Below the pieces are notes generated by a model. That model searched no databases and was not told the DNA's origin. It saw nothing but the letters and a program-made list of their open reading frames with translations. A stretch of 63,988 nucleotides of DNA, counting the filler, from Octopus bimaculoides (taxonomy: Eukaryota), in assembly GCF_001194135.2 (NCBI RefSeq). It is 4 parts of 3 records of this genome, joined end to end, with 100 filler letters (N's around TTAATTAATTAA, not from the genome) between each part and the next. Parts side by side here need not be neighbours in the genome. Positions count along the whole stretch, not along the records: positions 14,609 to 32,252 come from NC_068990.1; positions 32,353 to 61,625 come from NC_068984.1; 2 more parts are not named here. One strand, written 5' to 3'. Both the position numbers and the translations under genes were made by a program. This document shows, piece after piece, positions 24,898 to 35,746 of this stretch (the stretch's first letter is position 1; each line of letters starts with the position of its first letter).

Positions 24898-27800
24898 AGG
24901 TGGTGTGTGTCAAAAGAAGTTGGGGAAGATTTTCACAAATTGAGGCAGCTTATATTATTAGAGGAGTTCAAACAGTGTGTTCATGTTGATATTAGGACTT
25001 ATTAGGAAGAGCAGAGAGTAGAACAGTTACAAGAGGCAGCTAGTTTAGCAGATGATTACTCTATTACTCATGAACCTGAGTTCAAGCTGTATGGTTATTA
25101 TCCTCAGGATAATTTTGAGTCAGGTCAGACAAGTAAGTCAATTTATTCAGCTCAGTCAGGTTCGAATCCTAACAAGTCCAGTGGTTCAGAGTTAAAAAAG
25201 TCAACCAATCCATTTGTTTCTAAATCTGATTCAAATTTCCATTCTAAAATTATTTTTAGATATTGTAGAAAATCAGGCCATTTGATCCCTGAGTGTAAAA
25301 AGCTCAAGTTAAACACTCAATCACAAATCTTACTCCACACTTTTGTGAATGTCAAGTCTCAGCCTATTTCCAGCATTATTAACACTGAGGAGCAGTTTGT
25401 TTCAGGAGTTCAGTCACCAAAGTCTGCTATTTTTGTTGATGAGGGGTACTTGCCTTTTATTTCAAAAGGTTATGTTCTCACTAGAGGGTGATAAGTCCAC
25501 ATTACGACCCATTACTATTTTAAGGGACACAGGCGCAGTCTATATTGTTGGAAGGTACTCTTCCTTTCTTGGAAGTGTCGTCTGCTAACTCTGATGTTTT
25601 ATTAGAGGGTATTAATGGATTTTCAGGTGCACCTCTATATTTTGTTGATTTGCAGTCAGATTTTATGTCTGATTTGGTGAAAGTTGATGTTAAGAAAACT
25701 CTCCCAGTATCAGGTGTAGACTTGCTTATTGGAAATGATTTAGCAGGGTCTAAGGTTTTGTCTGATTCACATGTTAGCATTGAGCCAAGCACTTCTGGGA
25801 GCACTGAATCCCTTCAGGAAATAATACCTGACATTTTTCCCTCATGTGCTGTGACTCGTTCTATGGCTAACTCGATCTCACAAGAGATTTCCAAAAACAT
25901 CTCAAAAGAGATTCCAGGTAATATCTCGAAAGAGATTTCAGATAACAACACCTCGAAAGAGAATTTTAATGAGAATGATAGTTATGATCTTGCTGGATCT
26001 TTTATGGATCATTCTCTACAGGATTCCTTTTTAAGTGAGAGTACTTTTATTCCGAGCAGTACAGCTCAGTTTTTGAGGCCTGACCCTGTACTCACTCGTT
26101 TGCAGCTCATTTCATCTCAGGGCGATGATCCTGAAATTCAAACATTGGCTTGCCGAGCACTTTCCAACAATGAGGTCGTTAAGGTTCCTGTTTATTATTA
26201 CAACCAAGATGGTGCTTTGATGAGAAAATGGAGACTGCCAGAAGTTTCTGCAGAGGATGAATGGAAAGTATTTCATCAAATTGTTGTTCCTCAAGTTTAT
26301 CGTGAACATGTGCTCAGTTTGGCTCATGACACTCCATTAACAGGTCATTTAGGAGTTAACAAAACTTGTGATAGGATTTTGGCTCATTTCTTTTGGCCTA
26401 GATTGCGTCAGGATGTGTCACAGTTTTGTAAGACTTGTCATACTTGTCAGGTGGTAGGAAAGTCCAATCAGAAAATCCCTCCTGCCCCATTAAAGCCCAT
26501 TCCCACATCTGAAGAGCCATTCAGTAGAGTCATTATTGATTGTGTTGGTCCATTGCCAAAAACTAAGTCTGGTAATCAATATCTGTTGACAATTATGTGC
26601 GTGTCAACAAGGTTCCCTGAGGCTAGCCCATTGAGGAAGATTACAGCTCCTGTGATACTTAAGGCTTTGATCAAGTTTTTCACTATGGTTGGTTTGCCTA
26701 AAGAGGTTCAGTCTGATCAAGGGTCTAATTTCATGTCAAGTTTGTTTCAACAGGCAATGTATGAGTTGGGAATTAGACAGGTTAAGTCTAGTGCTTACCA
26801 TCTGGAGTCCCAAGGGGCATTGGAAAGATTTCATCAGACTCTTAAAAATATGATCAGAGTTTATTACTTTGAAACAGAGAAAGAATGGGATGAAGGCATT
26901 CAGTTGTTGTTTGCAGTCAGGGAGTCAGTTCAGGAGTCATTAGGATTTAGTCCCTTTGAGTTAGTTTTTGGTCACACTGTCAGGGGCCCACTCAAACACT
27001 TGAAAGAATTATGGCTTAATGACCAATCACAATTGAACTTGCTAGACTATGTGTCTACTTTTCAAAATAGACTTTTCAAAGCTACTGAAGTGACCAGAGA
27101 AAATTTGAAGAAATCACAGGACAAATGAAAGCCATTTATGACAAAAACTGTAAAGCTCGAAATTTCAGTCTTGGCGACAAGGTTTTGGTGTTACTACCCA
27201 TTCCTGGTCAACCATTTAGAGCCAAATACCATGGTCTATATTTGATTGATAAGAAAGTCAGTGATACTGACTAATTGTTCAAACTCCAGGCTGCCGAAAA
27301 CAAAAACGGCTTTGTCACATGAACATAATCAAAAAGTATTATGACAGGTCTAAAAGTGTGCCTCCAAAAGTCATTTCTATTGCCTCACCTATTGATCATG
27401 ATTCAGACAAATTGAAAGAAGAATGTGAGCATTTGAAATTTGATGATTTGGCTGAGAAGGTAAAAAAATTCTGAAGTGTTAGCAAATATTCATGAAAAGT
27501 CACCTTACTCCAGAACAACAATGTCAATTGTCAGATTTGCTTCATGAATACGTACATTTATTTCCGGATGTAACTGGTCGTACTGATTTAGTTAGTCTTG
27601 ATATTGATGTTGGTGATTCAAAACCTGTTAAACAATATACTTATCGACTTAAACCGCTCGAGTTGGAACATCTCCGAAAAGAGGTCAACTACACGTTGGA
27701 GAATGACATCATTGAACCAAGTGACAGTGAGTGGAGCTCGCCATGCATCCTAGTACCGAAGCCTGATGGTACTTTTCATTGTTGTACAGACCTGAAGCGT

Positions 27801-28756
27801 GTGAACTCTTTGTCTAAGACAGATTCATACCCCATACCAAGAATTGATGACAGTATAGAAAGAATCAGTCAAGCCAAATATGTGAATAAGTTTGACTTAC
27901 TGAAGGGGTATTATCAAATTACTTTAACGGAACGTGCCAAGAAGATTTCTGCTTTTGCTACGCCGGATGACTATACTAATATAAAGTCATGCCATTTGGA
28001 CTGAAGAATGCCCTGGCCACTTTTCAACGCCTCATGAATAACATCACTTCAGGGCTTCAGGGCATCGAAACCTACACTGGTGACATCATCGACCATTCTA
28101 TGGAGTGGGACGAACATGTAAAGAGGATGCGTGCCATCTTTGAGAAACTTACACAGGCAAAACTGACTATAAGTCTTGCGAAATGTTAATTTGCCCAGGC
28201 AAATGTGGTGTTTTTAGGATATGTTGTTGGTCAGGGCCAGGTACAACCGGTTAAAGCAAAGGTAGAAGCTATTGCGAAATTCCCAGTTCTATCAAACAAG
28301 AAGGACCTTATGACATTCCTGAGTATGGCTGGTTATTACAGAAAATTTTGTCCAAATTTCTCTGATGTTGTGGCCCCTCTCACTAATTTGTTGAAAAAAG
28401 TGTCAAATTTGTTTGGAGTGACAATTGTCAGGCCGCATTTGAGAAAGTAAAAGCCATTCTCATGAGTTCTCCAGTTTTGATAGCACCAGATCTTGGGAAA
28501 CCATTTAAGCTTTCTATTGATGCAAGTGACATTGGTGTTGGTGGTGTTCTGTTTCAATCAGATGAAAAGGGTGTTGATCATCCTGTTTGTTATTACTCAA
28601 AGAAATTTGACAAACACCAGTGAAATTATTCTACCATTGAAAAAGAAACCCTTGCTTTGTTGTTGTCATTGCAACATTTTGACGTATACTTGGGAACCAC
28701 CAAGTATCCCATTGAAGTGTTCACTGACCACAATCCGCTGACTTTTCTGCACAAGA
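24898..28756 (+). mobile_element. Decayed Gypsy-type LTR retrotransposon with Gmr1-like order gag(SCAN-like, CCHC)-PR-IN-RT-RNaseH; no LTRs found
   Basis: gag LRQLILLEEFK..EAASLADDY; knuckle (F)RYCRKSGHLIPEC; protease ILRDTGA (DTG 25526-25534); integrase HHCC and D..D35E in ORF 25545-27128; Gypsy-type RT (SEWSSP, FDLLKGYYQ, MPFGLKNA) 27492-28190; RNaseH IDASDIG..FTDHNPL. Multiple stops and frameshifts; YxDD decayed to YTGD. Confidence 0.92.
25545..27128 (+). pseudogene. Retrotransposon protease C-terminus plus integrase (open 527-aa segment)
   Basis: AHDTPLTGHLG..CKTCHTCQ (HHCC), IIDCVGPLP, VQSDQGSNF, then exactly 35 residues to the E of GALERFH. The integrase C-terminal region continues after a frameshift near 27125. 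Confidence 0.9.
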
Positions 28757-28899
28757 TATCTCTATTTTTGTATTCCTTTTTCCTTTCTTTTCTTTATTCC
28801 TTTTATTATTTTCTTCTTCCTTTTTCTTGTTTCTCTTTCCTTCTTTTTTCTCTCCTTTTTTTTCTCTCTTTATTTCTCTATTCCTGTTTTCGATTTGAC

Positions 28900-30790
28900 C
28901 TTACTAATACATTCCCTACTTTTAGGTCACTTTAAACAGAACCCTTGATTCAATAACACTGTATAAACTCTGTATTTGGAATTACCAATTTCAAAGACTG
29001 TTGGATTTTACTCATAGGGTATTGGAATCTTAATAATGGATTTACAAATGCAATGACCAATCTTAAAGGCTATTGGATTTTACTCACAAGGTATTAGAAT
29101 CTTATATGTATATATGTATAAATAAACTTATATGGATATAGTTCTTATCCAAATTAAAGGCACAGCTATGAGAACGAGGTTTGCTGCCGTTTATGCGAAT
29201 TCGGTGATGGGTTACTTAGAATAAAAACTCTACCAGGAAATAGAGGAGAGATACAACACTGAATTTAGGAAGTATATTGAAAAAGTATGGAAGAGATACC
29301 TCAACGATTGCTTTATAATCTGGACAAAATCTCAAAACACTGTGGAAGAATTCAACACCCTCCTGAACAACCTACACCCATCCATCCAATTTACAAAGGA
29401 GATGAGCAGTACCAAATTACCATTTCTAGATATAATGGTAGTTAAAAAGAACACTGCCATTACCACAGATATATATTATAAACACACAGATATACACCAA
29501 TACCTGAATTTTAAATTGTGCCATCCACCCCATACAAAACGTAACATCTCATACTGCTTAGCCAGAAGAATCTGTACTATTGTAGAGGATCTAGAGACCA
29601 GAAATCAGCGTCTGATGGAACTGAAAGAATTTCTGCTCAAACAAAAATACCAGTCACTACTTATAGAAAATGGTATTCAGCGGGCTTCGAAAATACCCAT
29701 ACAACAACTGAGGACACCGCAAAGAAGAGAAAAACAAGAACAAATCATACCATTTATGGTGACACACAATCTATGCCACCAGAACATCTTCAATATCACT
29801 AAAATAAACCTACCAATCATTGCACAAAGTAAGGAATTGAGAAATATCATTACAGATCAAAGTATAACTTTCAATAAGAGACAACCTAAAAACTTGAAAA
29901 AGCTATTAACAAAGGCAAGGTTTGACCTCAGCAACAAAAATCAAACATTCACTGTGTCCAAATGCAATGATAGCCGATGCGGTACATGCCAATCAATTCA
30001 TACCGGCCCATATATGAACACGAAAACAGGGAAAATATTCACCAATGCGAACATGAACTGCAAAAGTAGNNNNNNNNNNCTGTGTCCAAATGCAATGATA
30101 GCCGATGCGGTACATGCCAATCAATTCATACCGGCCCATATATGAACACGAAAACAGGGAAAATATTCACCAATGCGAACATGAACTGCAAAAGTAGAAA
30201 TCTAATCTACTGCATCAAATGCCCAAATTGTGAAGAACTGTACGTTGGCCAGACAGGTAATGCATTATCAGAACGCTCACGCGTGCATCGACAACGGATT
30301 AAAAACCCAGAGGTCTGCCAAATACCACTGAGTAACCATCTGGCAACATGTGGTCGAAAAACTTTTATGATATTTCCATTTCATAAACTTTACAACCTGA
30401 ATGAAATTGAGAGAAAATGGAAAGAGAAGGACTTTATTAAGAAATTCAAACCCACTCTTAACAAACAATGATTAAATTAATCTTACTTGGGGTTTAAAAA
30501 TCTTATCCCTATAACCAAAACACAAAGAATCTCTCAAATGTCATCATTTCTAAAAATAAACATTGAAAAATGGTTTGGTATCATCTCTAAAAATAGCCAA
30601 ACACCTACTGCTGCTGTCCAAAGGAATGTGTATAAAGGGCAAAAAGACAGCCAGTCAACTACAGTTAAAACACTTCTGTCACACAGGACCTTGATGACTG
30701 CTAGAAAGCAGGAAAGTATACTAGTCCTTATATATTTAATACTCAATATTTCATTTATTCAATAAGACATTCAATACTTCATTTCATTTT
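28900..30790 (+). mobile_element. Penelope-like element (RT, Cys-rich linker, GIY-YIG endonuclease), degenerate, with 3' hammerhead
   Basis: QIKGTAM..YAN..MGYLE, WKRYLNDCFIIW (YLDD decayed), LPFLDI, TDIYYK; linker KCNDSRCGTC; endonuclease NLIYCIKCPNCEELYVGQTG; stop at 30471. A Cys-rich linker is recalled as typical of Neptune-type PLEs (not tested). Confidence 0.9.
30685..30728 (+). ncRNA. Minimal type I hammerhead-like motif in the PLE 3' region
   Basis: AGGAC-CTTGATGA-CTGCT(AGAA)AGCAG-GAA-AGTATACT-A-GTCCT: 5-bp helix I, 5-bp helix II, palindromic helix III; one extra U in the core. Confidence 0.75.
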
Positions 30791-30954
30791 ACTATTTATA
30801 TTATATATTCCATATTCTATATCACACATTAATTTTATAAGAATATAAATAAAACATAAAAAAACAGACAGAGTTGGAACTCTTTTAAATAATATATTCC
30901 TCTATACACTATCATACAAACCCCTCTTTTTATTTTTTATTTATATATATATAC

Positions 30955-31247
30955 GTTTACGCCGATAGCATTTCCTCTCTGCAAGCTCACCATAAAATAG
31001 CTGTTTCAGCATGCATTCATCTGCCATTCAAGCAATATGGCCATACCATCTCAATTGGTTCCTCAAAATAATAGCTTTAATTGAGGTGATGCCTGAAGAA
31101 GCAAGGACATCTGTGTTTGGAGTAAAAGAACTTCATTGCAACGTAAACCTAAAAAAAAGGTTTAAGGACGGCATAAGGACTACTATGAAGTCATTTTGAA
31201 TGGTTCCAGAAGATATAGAAACTCTTGCTTCGGATCGAGTTGGATGG
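30955..31247. mobile_element. RTE LINE fragment with internal inversion
   Basis: 30955-31140 on minus gives TPNTDVL..QLRWYGHIA..LFYGEL..RRK; 31142-31247 on plus continues RKPKKRFKD..IETLASDRVGW; cut by an N gap. Confidence 0.8.
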
Positions 31248-32088
31248 NNNNNNNNNNNNNNNNNNNNNNNNNNNNNNNNNNNNNNNNNNNNNNNNNNNNN
31301 NNNNNNNNNNNNNNNNNNNNNNNNNNNNNNNNNNNNNNNNNNNNNNNTTTTACTTGTTTCAGTCATTTGACTGTGACTATGCTGGAGCACCACCTTTTAG
31401 ACAAAAAACATAAAATACATCCATGCGCAAACACAAAAAACATACAAGTAAAACATGCATACATACCTACATGCAAATATATATACATATAGGCATACAT
31501 AAGTATACATACACATATATACATATAAAAAATAAAAAATACAAATAAAAAGTAAAAAATAAATAAATAACACACACAAATATATACATATGAACATATA
31601 TATACACATACATATACATACAAACATATACAACATATATATACACACATACATATAAAAACATGAGTGTAAGTGCATAAACATACCCACACAAGCACGC
31701 ATCCTTACATACATACATACATACATATACACACACACACACACACACAGAATACATACATACACATAACCTTAGAGTGTAATAAGAACTAATAAGAAAA
31801 AAACAAAGAGGTAATCAATAAGACTATTTAAGGTTAATGAAAAGAAATTTGGACATATGTTTACAAGAGCAAACTCTTTCATCTCTCGAATTTAAGATAG
31901 AACCGTTCATTTTCATAATAATCCACTAAACAGAAAGAGCTATTCTAAGAGCGCATTCTGCCTCATCAGAGGCAGCTGATGAAGGAAAAGTTCCATAAGT
32001 GGCTCATCTGTTTTCCTATGTGTTCGTTCTGTTGTCTGTAAAAAAAGTCCGTTTTTGTGCTTTATGTTCCCGTTCCTTTTCTGACATC

Positions 32089-32252
32089 CTGTTAGATCAG
32101 GTTATGAAAGTTACAGAGAGGGTCATAGCCCAACTAATTAGGGAGCGAATCAATTTAGATGAGATGCAGTTTGGGTTCGTGCCAGGTAAAAGCACTACTG
32201 ATGCCTTATTTCTAGTGAGACAGTTGCAAGAGAAATACCTAGCCAAGGATAA
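32089..32252 (+). mobile_element. RTE-type LINE RT fragment
   Basis: LLDQVMKVTERVIAQLIRERINLDEMQFGFVPGKSTTDALFLVRQLQEKY (QFGF..GKSTTDA motif); ends at a gap. Confidence 0.85.
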
Positions 32253-32405
32253 NNNNNNNNNNNNNNNNNNNNNNNNNNNNNNNNNNNNNNNNNNNNTTAA
32301 TTAATTAANNNNNNNNNNNNNNNNNNNNNNNNNNNNNNNNNNNNNNNNNNNNTATACATACCTACATGTGTGTGTATGTATATATATATATATATATATA
32401 TACAC

Positions 32406-32458
<53 letters not shown>

Positions 32459-33522
32459 TGTACTTTTACACAAAGTGCAACCAGTGACTGATTTAAGGTA
32501 AACAGACGCTGAGAAGCAACTGCAAGCATCAGTGGTAGATGGACCGGGACATTTGAGTGACTGACAAGTTCAATGGTGAAAAGATTGATACTTATAAATA
32601 ATATGAACAACTATTGTACATGAATACGCATGTGTACACAAAGAGACACGCGCGCATAAACATACACAGCAGAACGAATGCACAGATAACATCTCAGGGA
32701 AAAGCAAAAGCTCAGTTGAGGGTTAGAGAAAAGATGTCAGATCTATTCTTAGATATAGAAATGACGAGTTGGTGAGGAGGAGGTGAATTAGTGTACCGTA
32801 ACGTTCGTTACGGTACACTAATTCACCACCTCCTCACCAACTCGATCATCAGAAATTGTACTCCATCCATTGAGAGATAAATATCATTTGATTTACACAC
32901 CTTACAAAGAGCTACTAATAGTTTCATGCTTTAGAGACACAGCAAATTGACAGAGTTATATAACATGCCATATATCTCCCAGCAAACTTTCAGGGTCGGT
33001 GCATATCATTAGATATAATTAAAAATCAGGACGCTGGTCTATGAGAAAACTTGAGAAGAAAAGAATGAGAAGAAAAAAACGCATCAATCTTCTTTGCGTT
33101 TTTTCTTTTCAGTTTTCTTTTTCATGTTTTCTCAGAGACCAGTATCCTGGTTTATAAATACATCTAACGAGCATGAGAAATTGCTTTCAGATATATGGCA
33201 TATACAGAGAGCGTGAATATATATANNNNNNNNNNNNNNNNNNNNNNNNNNNNNNNNNNNNNNNNNNNNNNNNNNNNNNNNNNNNNNNNNNNNNNNNNNN
33301 NNNNNNNNNNNNNNNNNNNNNNNNNNNNNNNNNNNNNNNNNNNNNNNNNNNNNNNNNNNNNNNNNNNNNNNNNNNNNNNNNNNNNNNNNNNNNNNNNNNN
33401 NNNNNNNNNNNNNNATATGTATGTATGTATGTATGTATATATAAAATTCGTGGGTAAGGCCAGAACAATGCGAAATGCCCTAAAATTTCAAACCTTGTGC
33501 CTATAGCAGAAGAGTATATGAA

Positions 33523-34070
33523 AGGTGGCGAGATAGCAGAAACGTTAGCACGCCGGGCGATATGTTTAGCGGTATTGCGCCTGTCTTTACGTTCTGAGTT
33601 CAAATTCAGCCGAGGTCGACTTTTCTTTTCATCCTTTCGGATCGATAAATTAAGTATCAGTTGCGTACTGGATCGATCTAATCGACTGGCTCCTCCTCCT
33701 CCAAAAGTTCGGGCCTTGTGTCTAGAGTAGAAAAGGATATATTTCACGTCTGCTACATGAATATTTATTTATCTACGCGTCTTCCCGTTCTGAGTTCGCA
33801 TCCTATCCTAGTGAGTTGCTTTTCATAATTTCAGGATCAATTAGATATAATTCTAAGGCGTTTAACTGACACAATCGTTAGCTCGCCGGGAAAAATGCTT
33901 AGCGGCATTACGTCCGTCTTTACGTTTCGAGTTGAAATTCCACCAAGGTCGACTTTGCCTTTCATCATTTCGGGGTTGATAAAATAAGAACCAGTTGAGT
34001 AATGGAGTCGATGTAATCGACTTAACACAGTACTATAAAACTGTGGGTCTTGTGCCAAAATTTGAAATCA
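33523..34070 (+). mobile_element. Two SINE family A copies (33523-33735, 33865-34070)
   Basis: Conserved head, body and tail motifs. Confidence 0.8.
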
Positions 34071-35151
34071 ATTAAACATTCTCCTTGTCAAATAGTACTT
34101 CGATCAATTTAAGTGATCTTACCCTCTAAAAATTCTTGATTTGTTTTTCTTTCGCCAAATTTGGAAAACATTACAATTTTATATCGCCTATCTTAAAGTG
34201 ACCTCGGAAAACAGAACTAAAATTACTCCAGCTTATGTTAAGACGGAGTGGTTTGCACTCGCTAGACGTTCTGAGTTCAAATTCCGTTAACCAACTTGCG
34301 GAGGTGTCCTCTTGGGGTTAAAAAGAGCAGTAACATTGTTCGGTACGGAACAGCATTGCTCAAGTGGTACAGAACAGTATTGTTCAATACATATACATAC
34401 ATATGAAGTATACCTATATCTCGGACACCAAGAAAACACTTTATTTTTCATTTTTATTAGAATCCGCAACGAAAATGAATTACTAACGAGATTTAGAAGA
34501 GAACAACAGTCAAACTTCAAATTTTCCCTGACGCGATAAAGATCGGTTTTCACAAAAACATCGCTAAATGTTCATAATATATTTTATGTGTCATTCTCTT
34601 GACGGAACTCTGCCTTTAAAACGATCACAATATCGTAGCGTCTTCAACGGATGATGCTAATAAATGCAGATACTTCAAATTACGATTTCTGCATTTGTAT
34701 ATTCGGTTAAGTTTGTATACATTAAAGGGATTTAAATCCACAAAGATCAGGAAAATAGCATATATCTTATGTCACGAGAACCAGAGAAGAAAATGTTGTG
34801 ATATAGAGGGGAATAGTTTATTTATGATTATAAATATTCATATACCTGAAACGAAAACGCATTTTTTAAAGTAGAATCTTTAAAGCGAATTCATGGAACT
34901 TGGACGACAAAACTATTTACAATAGGATATTGTTCCGATACGAAGATATTTCATAAAAATATGAACCTGTGCTGATATTTGTCATGAGAACGAAATGACA
35001 TATATTAATAAAATTCCTATGGTTTAGAGTAATAATACCTTTTGAATAATTTTGTGTTGTAAGTAGCGTAAGCACTTGATTACACAGAGAATAGTGATAC
35101 AGGTGAGGCATTTTTATTCATGGAATATTAATATTTATAGATAGAAGAAAG

Positions 35152-35370
35152 GTGGCGACTGGTAGGCTCGTTAGCACGCGGGGGAAAAAGGCTTAGCGGC
35201 ATTTCATCCGTCTTTACGTTCTGAGTCCAAAATTCCGCTGAAGTCGACCTTGCTTTTCGTCCATTCGTGCTCAATAGAATAAGTAACGGTTGAGCACTGG
35301 GGTCGATAAAATCGACTTATCCAGTCACCCGAAGTTGCTCGCTTTGTGCCAAAATTTGAAACCAATATTC
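35152..35370 (+). mobile_element. SINE family A
   Basis: Conserved head, body and tail motifs. Confidence 0.8.
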
Positions 35371-35671
35371 GACTTCCCGTCACATATAAAACATATTAAA
35401 TGTTCGATATTTATATCGAAAACCACAATACACACACGTTACCTACATACACAAATATATGTATATAATATAGAAATAAGAATCAAATTCAGGCAAATCA
35501 AGTTCACATGTACATTCATATTTATTCAACCCTAGACCCGACTTGCATGAATTTCTCTAAAAGTATATTCAATACATCAAACATAGTAGAAATATATAGA
35601 TATATAAAAATATAGACATTAATCAATACATTAAAAATATACATATAAAAATATATAAACAATAAGCAAGT

Positions 35672-35746
35672 GTATTAGTTTGACGCTCGGGAAGGTAAAA
35701 AAATCGTTTGCATTTCGAGCCTACGCTCTTCATTAGAAAGGAACAC
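35672..35746 (-). ncRNA. Type I hammerhead-like motif, core-mutated copy
   Basis: Minus strand: TTT-CTAATGA-A-GAGC(GTAG)GCTC-GAAATG..CGTC-AAA, with extended helix I; G5A change in the core. Confidence 0.55.

Noticed and set aside
28757-28900. Pyrimidine tract after RNaseH as a possible PPT or LTR
   Set aside because: Wrong strand for a polypurine tract, and no matching 5' LTR was found.
29951-30197. Direct duplication of the PLE Cys-linker region
   Set aside because: Identical copies on either side of a 10-N gap indicate unmerged overlapping contig ends.
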